From assembly GCA_964409475.1 (NCBI GenBank), contig CAYPDL010000006.1, forward strand, positions 242 through 64,241: DNA of 64,000 bases. The letters are read 5' to 3'. The translations under genes and the position numbers were made by a program. The stretch is from an uncultured Desulfobacteraceae bacterium (GTDB lineage: Bacteria > Desulfobacterota > DSM-4660 > Desulfatiglandales > Desulfatiglandaceae). Positions 7,716 through 16,630 of this stretch are shown here, one piece after another. Below the pieces are notes generated by a model. That model was given only the letters and a program-made list of their open reading frames with translations, ran no database searches and was not told the DNA's origin. The stretch's first letter is position 1, and each line of letters starts with the position of its first letter.

Positions 7716-8789
7716 ATGAAGCTAGTAAAACCTACAAAACGTGTACGGAATCGATCCACAACCTCCGAAAACGATTGCGAGAAAGGTCCTGATTTTTTTG
7801 CCAGCCTATTCATTAACTCACCCATCGGCATCTATATTGCCCAGGAGGGAAAATTCACGTTTCTCAACCCAGAATTTCTGAGGATCTCAGGCTATGACGA
7901 GCAGGAACTGCTGGGGGCCAGCTCATTGAATATCGTGCACCCCGAAGACAGGGAGATGGTCAGGAAAAAGTCCATCCAGATGTTGAAGAGAGAACGCATG
8001 AGCCCCTATGAGCACAGGGTGATCACAAAGGATGGCGAGATCCGGTGGATCATTGAAACAGTTACCTCCATTACCTATGAAGGCCGCAGGGCCGCCCTCG
8101 GGTATTTCATGGATAACACCCAGAGTGTCCATACTAAAGAGGCTCTTCAAATCTCAGAGGACAAGTTCAAAAAGGTCTTCCGTTCCAGCCCGGACTGGTT
8201 TGTCATCAGCACTCTCGAAGACGGTTTTTATGTTGATGTGAACGAGGCCTTTTTGCGCACCACCGGTTATGAACGGCATGAGGTGATCGGCAAGCGCTCA
8301 CTGGAACTGGGTATATGGGCAGACCCCGAAAAGCGGTCAGAGATGGTTAAAACCCTCCGGAAGGAAGGCGCGGTACGTAACATGGAGGTTGAATTCCGCA
8401 TGAAATCCGGCGAGATCCGCAATGTGCTCTGGTCTGCGGAAGTGATCGACTATGGCGAAGAAAAATGCCTTATTGCGGTCACCCGCGATATTACCGCCCG
8501 CCATCGGGCCCAGCAGGAGCAACTCAAACGGGAGAAACTCCAGGGGATTTTGGAAATCGCAGGCGCCACATGCCACGAGGTCAACCAACCCCTCCAGTAT
8601 ATGTGCCTGCTTCTCGATGAGCTCTTAAAGGACTATCCGGAAAACGAAAACCTCAAGCAAATCAGAAAACAATGTGATCGACTCACGTCAATTACCCAGA
8701 AAATGGAGGGCATCACCGTCTATGAAAGTATGGATTACGTCAATGGGAAAAAGATTGTAGACATCAATGGGGCGTCAAAAAAGAAATAA
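7716..8789 (+). CDS. PAS-PAS-HisKA(DHp) sensor protein lacking a HATPase domain
   Basis: 357-aa ORF with two PAS modules (FLNPEFLRISGYDEQELLG; VNEAFLRTTGYERHEVIG) and an H-box ATCHEVNQPLQ. The ORF stops about 70 aa after the H-box, with no N/G1/G2 boxes. Confidence 0.8.
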   Translation: MKLVKPTKRVRNRSTTSENDCEKGPDFFASLFINSPIGIYIAQEGKFTFLNPEFLRISGYDEQELLGASSLNIVHPEDREMVRKKSIQMLKRERMSPYEHRVITKDGEIRWIIETVTSITYEGRRAALGYFMDNTQSVHTKEALQISEDKFKKVFRSSPDWFVISTLEDGFYVDVNEAFLRTTGYERHEVIGKRSLELGIWADPEKRSEMVKTLRKEGAVRNMEVEFRMKSGEIRNVLWSAEVIDYGEEKCLIAVTRDITARHRAQQEQLKREKLQGILEIAGATCHEVNQPLQYMCLLLDELLKDYPENENLKQIRKQCDRLTSITQKMEGITVYESMDYVNGKKIVDINGASKKK

Positions 8790-8798
8790 AGGGGTCTC

Positions 8799-9071
8799 TC
8801 AGAAATTATACGGCCGGCCGTCTGACTGGCATCCATAAAACCCTGTTATTTCATCTCCGAGCGATTCAAGGAAATCCTTCAGTTCATGTTCGTCGTCAAA
8901 TTTCATGACACCCACATGGCCGGTCGCATGTCCTACGGAGCGATAGGCCGCTGAATCGGCGCATTCACTGGAAAAGGCCTCCAGGTCGCCCTGGTATTTC
9001 TCGCATAGTTCCGTCTCACTGACAACCGCTGTTGCATGCCCCTAACTATCAAAATAGACATAGTAGATCAT
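8799..9071 (-). pseudogene. small ORF interrupted by an in-frame TAG at codon 10
   Basis: The frame reads MIYYVYFDS-TAG-GHATAVVSETELCEKYQGDLEAFSSECADSAAYRSVGHATGHVGVMKFDDEHELKDFLESLGDEITGFYGCQSDGRPYNF-stop. No alternative start lies just after the TAG (9042-9044 on the + strand). Confidence 0.3.
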
Positions 9072-9076
9072 TAATG

Positions 9077-9181
9077 TTGATGCATTTGTAAAAAGTCAAA
9101 AAAGCGAGATTCGTACTTAATGATTTCAATAGGTTATCCATGCCAAAAAGGCCGAATTCGGACTTTTTACGAGACCATCAA
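9077..9181 (+). repeat. 105-nt dispersed element, copy 1 (hairpin-forming, about 21-nt terminal inverted repeats)
   Basis: Aligns without gaps to the reverse complement of 61074-61178, with 13 mismatches by hand count. Ends are TTGATGCATTTGTAAAAAGTC ... GGACTTTTTACGAGACCATCAA. Confidence 0.85.
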
Positions 9182-9419
9182 TGTTTACCCCCAACAGATT
9201 CAGAATGAATGGCGGCCATGGTTAGCCCCTTCAGAATTTTCAATATATCAGGAGTGGGGGACTGATGCCAGAGAATTCCATGGGCTGGATATTGGATACT
9301 GGTTTCTGGTTGAAACGGGGGTGCGGGTGTGTTAAAGGTTTTGACAGAAAATTCATGAAACGCCAATGAGGACCTCACCCAACAGAAGATATGTTTATAA
9401 AGAAAGGAAGAACATACGG

Positions 9420-9839
9420 ATGAAGAAACGTTCGATCAGGATAATGTGGCCATGTTTAGCGGTATTTCTGTTTTTTTTGACCGGATGCGGCGCCATGATC
9501 GTGGCCGGCGCCGGCGCAGCAGCCGGCATTGCAGGCTACAAGTATTACCAGGGGTCCTTGACCGTCCTTTACAAGGCCCCTTTCCAGAAAACCTGGGATG
9601 CGTCCCTGACGGCCCTGAAGCGAATGGACTGCAAGATCGAAAGTTCCAAAAACGACATCACCTCAGGGACCATCTGGGGCAAATTCAGCGATGACAAGGT
9701 AATCAGCCTCTCGCTGACATACAAATCCGTGAACGAGACGGAGGCTGTGATCAGGGTGGGCGCCTTGGGTGAAAAGGAGGCCGCCGTGATTGTCAAAGAT
9801 GAGATCGGAAAGGCCCTTTCAGAGGCAGGGGGGAAATAA
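9420..9839 (+). CDS. putative lipoprotein
   Basis: Internal ATG gives MKKRSIRIMWPCLAVFLFFLTGCGA, a signal peptide plus LTGC lipobox. 139 aa. Confidence 0.7.
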   Translation: MKKRSIRIMWPCLAVFLFFLTGCGAMIVAGAGAAAGIAGYKYYQGSLTVLYKAPFQKTWDASLTALKRMDCKIESSKNDITSGTIWGKFSDDKVISLSLTYKSVNETEAVIRVGALGEKEAAVIVKDEIGKALSEAGGK

Positions 9840-9843
9840 TCCC

Positions 9844-10176
9844 TTATGTGTGGATCTTCAGTTGCTCGATGATTCCGTCGGCAAACCTGAATATATAGTC
9901 TCGCTGGCTGGGTGTGCAATAGGCCGGGCAGTCGCACCGCATGCTGTTCAAGGTGCGCACAAATAGTTCCAGCTTGATCCAGTCCAGGCCCAGTTCCACG
10001 GCAAAGACATGGGGTCGGCATTGGGAGTGCAGATACTGGGTTTCGTTGAGGAGATCATCGGGTATCCGGACCCAGAAGATCTGGTCGAGACTGGAGCGGA
10101 TGGCGTGCTTTTTAAGAAACTCCCTGATTTCCTCCATCTCCTGGACCGGGATTTCATCGATCAGGTACGCCCTCAT
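9844..10176 (-). CDS. hypothetical protein
   Basis: 110-aa ORF that overlaps the upstream membrane-protein gene by 4 nt (coupled). No family recognised. Confidence 0.55.
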   Translation of the reverse strand: MRAYLIDEIPVQEMEEIREFLKKHAIRSSLDQIFWVRIPDDLLNETQYLHSQCRPHVFAVELGLDWIKLELFVRTLNSMRCDCPAYCTPSQRDYIFRFADGIIEQLKIHT

Positions 10177-10520
10177 GGTGCGAGATTCTCCTCTTCCATC
10201 TCATCGATTCTCCTGCCTCCGACGTAAGCATCAACCACGGAATAGACCCAGAGGAGGACGAACAGCACGGCCATCGCCCACAGGAGGGTCAGGTCTTCCG
10301 CCCTGAGCCTAGCCATTATCGTCTCAGGATCTGCGATGTCGATGTTCCCTGATCTGAAGATGGAATGGATCAGGTATACCAGCTTGATGATCCCTGCAAT
10401 AAAAAGGAGAAAAACTCCGCTTAAAAGCAGGCCCCCTTTTTTCAGGTCCTGATTCATAATCTGCCCCAACCCCGGAATGATGAGGCCGGAACATAGTGGT
10501 GACATGATTGCCTTTTTCAT
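10173..10520 (-). CDS. small membrane protein
   Basis: 115-aa ORF with an N-terminal SGLIIPGLGQIMN motif and two or three hydrophobic helices. Confidence 0.6.
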   Translation of the reverse strand: MKKAIMSPLCSGLIIPGLGQIMNQDLKKGGLLLSGVFLLFIAGIIKLVYLIHSIFRSGNIDIADPETIMARLRAEDLTLLWAMAVLFVLLWVYSVVDAYVGGRRIDEMEEENLAP

Positions 10521-10616
10521 CAGGTAAGACCCTCAAAAAATTGGTTAACAAGGTTATGACGCACCATCCTTATATCCAAATACGCCCGCAGTGTCAATGC
10601 GGATAGAGGACTTTGT

Positions 10617-11408
10617 ATGATGCACCCGCTGACTGACCTGCTTCAGGTCAATATCCCTTTCACCATGCTCTCTGAATCGTACCTGGATCATTTCATCGCG
10701 AACCGGCTCAACCCCGAAATAGGGTTTGACGCCGAGGCCCTCGACACCTGCCCCCTTTCCCATATGGAGGCGGTGGCAGAGCGACTCCGGGAGGCAGGGC
10801 TTGCCATCACGTTTCACGCCCCCTTCATGGATCTCTCTCCCGGCTCACCGGACCCCAAGATCAGGGACCTTACCCGACAGCGGCTGGGGCAACTCATCGG
10901 GCTTATACCCCTTTTCAGACCCAGGACCGTTGTCTGCCATACCGGATATGATCACAGGCGATACTGGCACATCCAGGACCTCTGGCTCAAAAACAGCCTT
11001 GACATATGGTCCGAGATCGCCGGAGACATACAGTCCGGGGGCGCCGCGATAATGATGGAAAATGTCTATGAACAGTCACCGGATGAAATGATCGACCTCT
11101 TGGAGAATCTAAGGGATTACGGGGTCGGTTTCTGTCTGGATTCCGGGCACCAGGCTGTTTTCGGCAAAGGCCCCATGGACGCATGGATCGCCTCCCTGGG
11201 GCCGTACCTGAGACAACTGCACCTGCACGACAACTCCGGCAAACAAGATGAGCACCTGGCCCTGGGACGGGGGTGCATCGACTTTCAGCATTTATTCAAA
11301 CTCCTTATGGCTGTCTCGCCCGCCCGGCCGGTCATCACCCTTGAACCGCACAGAGAGGAGGAATTGTGGCCCAGCCTGAGATACCTTGAGAAAATATGGC
11401 CCTGGTGA
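10617..11408 (+). CDS. sugar phosphate isomerase/epimerase family (xylose-isomerase-like TIM barrel) protein
   Basis: 263-aa ORF. Pattern HAPF...CHTGY...MENVYE...LDSGH...HLHDN is typical of the AP-endonuclease-2/TIM-barrel family. Confidence 0.7.
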   Translation: MMHPLTDLLQVNIPFTMLSESYLDHFIANRLNPEIGFDAEALDTCPLSHMEAVAERLREAGLAITFHAPFMDLSPGSPDPKIRDLTRQRLGQLIGLIPLFRPRTVVCHTGYDHRRYWHIQDLWLKNSLDIWSEIAGDIQSGGAAIMMENVYEQSPDEMIDLLENLRDYGVGFCLDSGHQAVFGKGPMDAWIASLGPYLRQLHLHDNSGKQDEHLALGRGCIDFQHLFKLLMAVSPARPVITLEPHREEELWPSLRYLEKIWPW

Positions 11409-11467
11409 CCGCCGCGTCTTCCCGGTTTTTCATTGAAATTTTATGGATGTTTGCGGTAGTATCTTCA

Positions 11468-11587
11468 GGCACAAGGCACAAGGCATGAGGCAAAGAAGTG
11501 TGGAGTGTAGCGTGTGGAGTTAGAAATTGAAATCGGAATTTTTCATTTTTAAACTTTAGGCACTCCAAACTCGTAACTTCAAACTTG
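11468..11587. repeat. heptamer tracts plus an about 75-nt composite repeat (copy A)
   Basis: ggcacaa ggcacaa ggcatga ggcaaag (11468-11495) and gtgtgga gtgtagc gtgtgga (11498-11518). 11512-11587 is homologous to the reverse complement of 46180-46252. Confidence 0.85.
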
Positions 11588-11700
11588 AAAACCAGTATCC
11601 AGAATTGAGTACCAATAACCCGTTTCATGCAGGTTCCGGGAACTGAGAATGCCTCAATTCCTGAATCTCTCAATTCCTAAATTGGAAATTATCACAAAGC

Positions 11701-12726
11701 ATGGATCACCCATTCCCCAAATCGGTTACCTCGGCGGAAAAATGCAAGCGGCTGATGGAAATCCTGTCTCCGGAAGAGACGTGGGGCATCATCATGAACG
11801 CCGATCCCGATGCCATTGCCAGCGCCCTGGCCCTCAAGCGGTTGTTCTGGCGGAAGGTGAGAAGGGTAATGATTTTTCATATCAATCCTATTGAACGCGC
11901 CGATAATCTGGCCTTGATCAGTCTCCTCAAAATCAACATGCAGCTTATACGCTCCATGAGAGGGAGAAAGATCCACCGGTGGGCTATTGTAGACTCCCAG
12001 CCGCACCATCATACACGGTTCATGAACCATCGCTTTGACATCATCATCGATCATCACCCCTTAGGACCCCCATCGGAGGCGGCCTTCATCGACATAAAGG
12101 AGGATTACGGCGCCAATGCAACGATCCTGACCGAGTACCTGAGGGCGTCCAGAATCACCCCTTCCCCGCGCTTGGCCACCGCCCTCTTCTACGGCATCAA
12201 GACAGACACCGACAACTTTGTCAGAGAATCTTCGCCCAATGACATGAACGCATTCCGGTATCTCTATCCCCTTGCAAATATGAATACGATTAAAAAAATC
12301 GAATTTTCGGAGATGAGCAGGGAGACGCTGAAAGACTTCCGGTTTGCCATGGAACAGGTTGTTTTCATAAAAGATATCGTCTACGTCAACATGGAAGAAA
12401 TAACCCGCCCTGATGTCCTGGTCATCATTGCGGATTTTTTCATGAAACTGGCTGAGACCGAGTGGAGCATCGCCGCCGGCATATATGAGGACAGGTTGAT
12501 CGTCATCCTGAGAAATGCGGGATTCAGGGGCGACGCGGGAAAGACGGCCCAGAGACTCTTCAAACCATGGGGGGGGTCGGCCGGCGGCCATAAGAGCGCT
12601 GCACGGGCTGAGATCCCATTGAAGAATATGATGGGTGAAACAGAAGACCGGTCCCTGCCAAACCGACTGGTTATGAAGGAATTGAAGCGGCTGAGACACG
12701 TCGCATCTGAAGGAGACCAATCGTGA
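11701..12726 (+). CDS. DHH-family phosphoesterase (NrnA-like)
   Basis: 341-aa ORF with DPDAIASALAL, IIIDHHP (DHH motif) and GGHKSAA (DHHA1 GGGH-like motif). Confidence 0.8.
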   Translation: MDHPFPKSVTSAEKCKRLMEILSPEETWGIIMNADPDAIASALALKRLFWRKVRRVMIFHINPIERADNLALISLLKINMQLIRSMRGRKIHRWAIVDSQPHHHTRFMNHRFDIIIDHHPLGPPSEAAFIDIKEDYGANATILTEYLRASRITPSPRLATALFYGIKTDTDNFVRESSPNDMNAFRYLYPLANMNTIKKIEFSEMSRETLKDFRFAMEQVVFIKDIVYVNMEEITRPDVLVIIADFFMKLAETEWSIAAGIYEDRLIVILRNAGFRGDAGKTAQRLFKPWGGSAGGHKSAARAEIPLKNMMGETEDRSLPNRLVMKELKRLRHVASEGDQS

Positions 12727-14090
12727 CCGTTTTTGAAGCGAGGACTGTCGACGGCAAACTGCTGGAAGAAGTCAAAGACCTCATTGATCAGCAGAACAGC
12801 ACGTCGCTGAAAAAGCTGATCGATCTAATGAAGCCCGCTGATGTGGCCGATCTTATCGAGCATTCGGGCAAGGATGAAGGTCTCTTCATCTTCCGTATCC
12901 TGGAGCCCGAAGAGGCCGGCGAGGTCCTCATGGAGATTGAGGCCCCCATGCGAGAACGCATCCTGGAAGATCTTGACAGCGAGGCCATCTCCCAGATTGT
13001 CGAGGAACTTGATTCTGATGATGCGGCCGACGTGGTGGGCGATCTACCAGCCGACCGGGCAAAAGAGGTTATTGAAGCGGTCGGAGATCAGGTCACGGCG
13101 GAGCTTGAAAAGCTCCTCCCCTACCCTGAAGACACGGCCGGCGGCATCATGGCCCTGGAGTTCGTGGCGGTCAAGGCCGGCGCCACCGTACGGGACGCCA
13201 TCGAATCCATCAGAGAAAAGCGAGAAAAGGTGGAAAATCTCTACTATATCTGGGTCACAGACAACTATCACAAACTGGTAGGGGTCATCTCCCTGAAAGA
13301 CCTGGTGTTGGAACCCCCTGACACGCAGATCAGCGAAATCATGAATCCGGAGGTCATATCCGTCAATGTGAAGGCGGATCAGGAAGAGGTCATTCATCTG
13401 GTCAGGCGGTATGGCCTTGTCAATATACCGGTGGTGGACGATCGTTACCGACTGCTGGGCCGGATCACCTACGATGACATTATCGAGGCGATCGAAGACG
13501 AGGTGGATGAGGATATCTCTCTCATGGCCGGGGTCATCGATCAGGAAATTACAGAACAATCCGCCATAAAGATCTCAAGGGCAAGGCTTCCCTGGCTGAT
13601 TACGGCTCTGTTTGGGGGCATTCTTGCCGCATCTGTCATCAACCAGTTCGAGTCTTCCCTGGAAAAAGTTATTGCCCTGTCATTTTTTTTCCCTGTAATC
13701 ATGGCCATGGGGGGGAACACAGGCATCCAGACATCCACGGTGGTGATAAGGGGTCTCGCTACAGGTGACATCAGTCTCGTGAATGTGGGAAGGCGGCTCT
13801 GGATGGAAATGCGGGTCGCACTCATCAATGGACTCATATGCGGGGTAATCCTCGGCCTGATCGTGGGCCTCTGGCTCGACAACTACAGGCTGGCCTCCAT
13901 TGTTTCCATAGCCCTCATATTGATTATCCTGATTTCAGGTTTGGTCGGGTCTGCCGTCCCTTTAGCCCTTAAGAAACTTAATATCGACCCTGCCCTTGCT
14001 GCAGGACCCTTTATAACCACCTATAACGATGTCCTCAGTCTCCTGATCTATCTGAGCCTTGTAACGCTCTTCCTCCGCGCTCCCATCTAA
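12723..14090 (+). CDS. mgtE: magnesium transporter MgtE
   Basis: 455-aa ORF with an MgtE N-domain, a CBS pair and the C-terminal FFFPVIMAMGGNTGIQ membrane domain. GTG start overlaps the DHH gene stop. Confidence 0.9.
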   Translation: MTVFEARTVDGKLLEEVKDLIDQQNSTSLKKLIDLMKPADVADLIEHSGKDEGLFIFRILEPEEAGEVLMEIEAPMRERILEDLDSEAISQIVEELDSDDAADVVGDLPADRAKEVIEAVGDQVTAELEKLLPYPEDTAGGIMALEFVAVKAGATVRDAIESIREKREKVENLYYIWVTDNYHKLVGVISLKDLVLEPPDTQISEIMNPEVISVNVKADQEEVIHLVRRYGLVNIPVVDDRYRLLGRITYDDIIEAIEDEVDEDISLMAGVIDQEITEQSAIKISRARLPWLITALFGGILAASVINQFESSLEKVIALSFFFPVIMAMGGNTGIQTSTVVIRGLATGDISLVNVGRRLWMEMRVALINGLICGVILGLIVGLWLDNYRLASIVSIALILIILISGLVGSAVPLALKKLNIDPALAAGPFITTYNDVLSLLIYLSLVTLFLRAPI

Positions 14091-14170
14091 GCCTGCAAGC
14101 TATTTTGCTATTTAAATATCGCTTACATATCTATTATTATTAACATTTTACATGTCTTTTATACATCGAC

Positions 14171-16039
14171 TCAAGCGCTGCGAAAATACGAAAATACGGC
14201 CTCTGCCAGTGCCCGGCCAATACCGGGCGCCCGCTCCAGGTCTTCTGCCGTGGCCTGGGCGATATCGTCGATCCCCTTGAATTGGCGGAGCAACAGCGCC
14301 TTTTTCTTCCTGCCGATGCCGGGGATATTGTCCAATTCAGAACGTGTCAGATGTTTCTCCCTCATACTCCGGTGGTAGGTAACCGCCCGCCGGTGTGCCT
14401 CATCTCTGATCCGCATCATCAGAAGGAGTACCGGATGACCGGCCTTCAGTATGAGAGGATTTTTCCTCCCCGGGAGATAGATCTTATCGCGAGGGTCCTG
14501 GGAAGGGTTGTCCGGCTTGGCAATGGATATAACCTCGGGCATGGCGAAATCGTCATGCATTCCCTTGGAACCGGCCGCCTGGCTCCCGGGATGGCCCCGC
14601 GCCTCCAGGACACGCCGGACCGTGGCAAGATGCCCTTTGCCCCCGTCCACCAAAAAGAGATCGGGCAGTGCCCCTTTGGCGAGTCTCCTTTCCACCATCT
14701 CGGCCATCATGCCGTAATCGTCGATGATCCCCTCCTGCCTGATCCTGAAATTCCGGTATCCGGCCCGGTGAGGCGCTCCCTCTACAAAAGAGACGATGGT
14801 CCCAACAGCCAACCCCCCCTGGAAATTGGAGATGTCGAGACCTTCGATCCTCCTCGGGGTCCGCGAAAGCCCCAAGACAGATCTGGCGGTGGTCAAGAGG
14901 TCCTCTTTTTGAGACGCTGCATAGCCGACCAGGAGATTTTCGGCATTTGCCACGGCCATTCCGGTAAGCTTTCGCTTTTCCCCCCGCCGGGGGTTTTGGA
15001 TCACCACCCGCTTTTCCGCCAGGCCGGACAGCCATTGCATCATCGGCATGAGGTCATCGACCGGCTCGGAAATCAGGATCTTCTTTGGGATAAAGGCCTC
15101 GGGGCCGTAATGTTGTTTCAGGAAGGCCTCCATGACCTCAGAAGGAAGCGCACTCGGTTCTTTGACGAAAAGGTTGCGGGTCCCTGTCAGATATCCCCTG
15201 CGAATAAAGAGGATGACCACCTGATAGACCCCTTCTCTTTGCGCCAGGCCGATCACATCCTGGTCCTCCATCCGGGGAGACACCACGTGTTGCCGTTCAA
15301 TGGTCTTTTGAATGGCCCTGATCTGGTCCCGTATGCCGGCCGCCTTCTCGAAATCCAGATTCCGGGCCGCCGTCTCCATCTCTCTCTCCAAACCCGAAAT
15401 GAGTTCCTGACTGCGGCCTTCCAGAAAAAGACGGACCTGTTGAACGATCTCCCGGTATCCCTCCACGGGGATCTCGTGCGCGCAGGGACCGAGGCAGTGA
15501 TTCATCTGAAAGTTGAGACAGGGCCGGTTCCGCTTCCGCAGGTCCTGGCTCTTGCATTTGCGCAGCTTGAAAACCCGGTCAATCAGCTTCTTGGTGGTCC
15601 GCACCGAGTTGGCGGAGGAAAAGGGACCGAAATAGAGGGCCCCGTCTTTTTTGATCTTTCTGACAATGGCAAGCCGCGGAAACGGCTCTCTCACATCCAG
15701 GCAGAGACAGGGATACTGTTTGTCGTCGCGCAGGATGATGTTGTAGCGGGGCATGTGTTTCTTGATGAGATGGCCTTCAAGGATGAATGCCTCCTGTTCC
15801 GTATCGGTCAGGATGAAGTCCAGGCCCCCGGCCCGCTTCATCATCCGGCCGGTCTTGCTGGTGGACTCGCCATTGGTCCTGAAATAGGAGAGGACCCGCT
15901 TCCGAAGGCTCTTGGCCTTGCCCGCATAGATCACCCTCCCCCCCGGGTCAACGAAGAGATAGACCCCCGGGGCATCGGGAAGCGTGTTCCGCAATACCCT
16001 GGGGTCCAGTTCATATTGGGCGTGACCGGTAGATGTCAT
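14171..16039 (-). CDS. uvrC: excinuclease ABC subunit C
   Basis: 622-aa ORF with the GIY-YIG motif (GVYLFVD..IYAGKAKSLRKR), a UVR domain and a C-terminal HhH pair. Confidence 0.93.
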   Translation of the reverse strand: MTSTGHAQYELDPRVLRNTLPDAPGVYLFVDPGGRVIYAGKAKSLRKRVLSYFRTNGESTSKTGRMMKRAGGLDFILTDTEQEAFILEGHLIKKHMPRYNIILRDDKQYPCLCLDVREPFPRLAIVRKIKKDGALYFGPFSSANSVRTTKKLIDRVFKLRKCKSQDLRKRNRPCLNFQMNHCLGPCAHEIPVEGYREIVQQVRLFLEGRSQELISGLEREMETAARNLDFEKAAGIRDQIRAIQKTIERQHVVSPRMEDQDVIGLAQREGVYQVVILFIRRGYLTGTRNLFVKEPSALPSEVMEAFLKQHYGPEAFIPKKILISEPVDDLMPMMQWLSGLAEKRVVIQNPRRGEKRKLTGMAVANAENLLVGYAASQKEDLLTTARSVLGLSRTPRRIEGLDISNFQGGLAVGTIVSFVEGAPHRAGYRNFRIRQEGIIDDYGMMAEMVERRLAKGALPDLFLVDGGKGHLATVRRVLEARGHPGSQAAGSKGMHDDFAMPEVISIAKPDNPSQDPRDKIYLPGRKNPLILKAGHPVLLLMMRIRDEAHRRAVTYHRSMREKHLTRSELDNIPGIGRKKKALLLRQFKGIDDIAQATAEDLERAPGIGRALAEAVFSYFRSA

Positions 16040-16630
16040 ATTTTGAAGTGCCTATCTCCCTGACCCGTCAAAAGTGCTGTGGCACGATGCTTTCCATGAG
16101 ATATTCCCTATCTCAACCAGAACCTAAATCGCGCTCTCGATGATATCACAAACATTCGGTGTCAAGAAAACGTTGTGAGATGCCTTGCACGTTTTTAAAT
16201 ACTTCTTCTCAACATCCCTCCCCTTTTTCTTAGCCATGGTTACACCCCCTGTTTCTGACCGGATCGATTTTCATGAAAGATTTGGTTCGCGGCCGGCAGA
16301 CGAAGCTGAGTGTCTTCGTGCGGAAGCGCTCAGGCAGACGCCTACGACCAAAACAGGGTACACTCATAACAAAAGGCCTGCAACATCAAAAGCGACTTTC
16401 CATGTGCCCCTGACCCTCTATTAATATAGATCCGGATGCATATATCCCTGCCGGAGTGTCGATCCATGGCCATTGTTCGGTGAAAGGCCTATTATCTCGT
16501 TGAACTCTGAACCGTTTTACGATATCTTTCCCGCGAATCTGAATGACAAAAACGATCCCTGAATCCCGCTTTTAAACCGGAAAAACCATGAACCGGGGAA
16601 CGCTGCCGCCCTTCTTACGGAGGAACAACC

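Noticed and set aside
9074-9184. ATGT direct repeat flanking copy 1 of the 105-nt element, as a possible target-site duplication.
   Set aside because: Copy 2 has unrelated flanks (gttt / atat) at the equivalent positions, so the 4-nt match is most likely coincidence. The element is therefore not called a MITE.
9186-9330. Possible diverged counterpart of the 60900-61046 MITE next to copy 1 of the 105-nt element (shared words gttt..acccc and ggggtgcg, with a weak inverted repeat acccccaacaga / tctggttgaaacggggg).
   Set aside because: The similarity is limited to a few short words in a different order. There are no clean TIRs or flanking duplication, so it cannot be supported by eye.
14282-16063. 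Very long antisense ORFs opposite real genes: 14282-16063 opposite uvrC, 33592-35247 opposite the acyl-CoA ligase, 2042-2815 opposite dapB, 27000-27914, 28959-29930, 17066-17932 and 17185-18150, 44529-45461, 55210-56067, 56853-57671, 59955-60623.
   Set aside because: In each case the opposite-strand or other-frame ORF has clear family motifs. The shadow ORFs have Arg/Gly/Pro-rich low-complexity translations typical of GC-rich antisense frames, and no motifs or SD sequences.
16124-16237. 37-codon minus-strand ORF (MAKKKGRDVEKKYLKTCKASHNVFLTPNVCDIIESAI) with a G-rich SD in the uvrC / CoA-binding-protein gap.
   Set aside because: Plausible start context but too short to judge, and no family recognised. 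It is left unannotated and would need ribosome profiling or conservation analysis.
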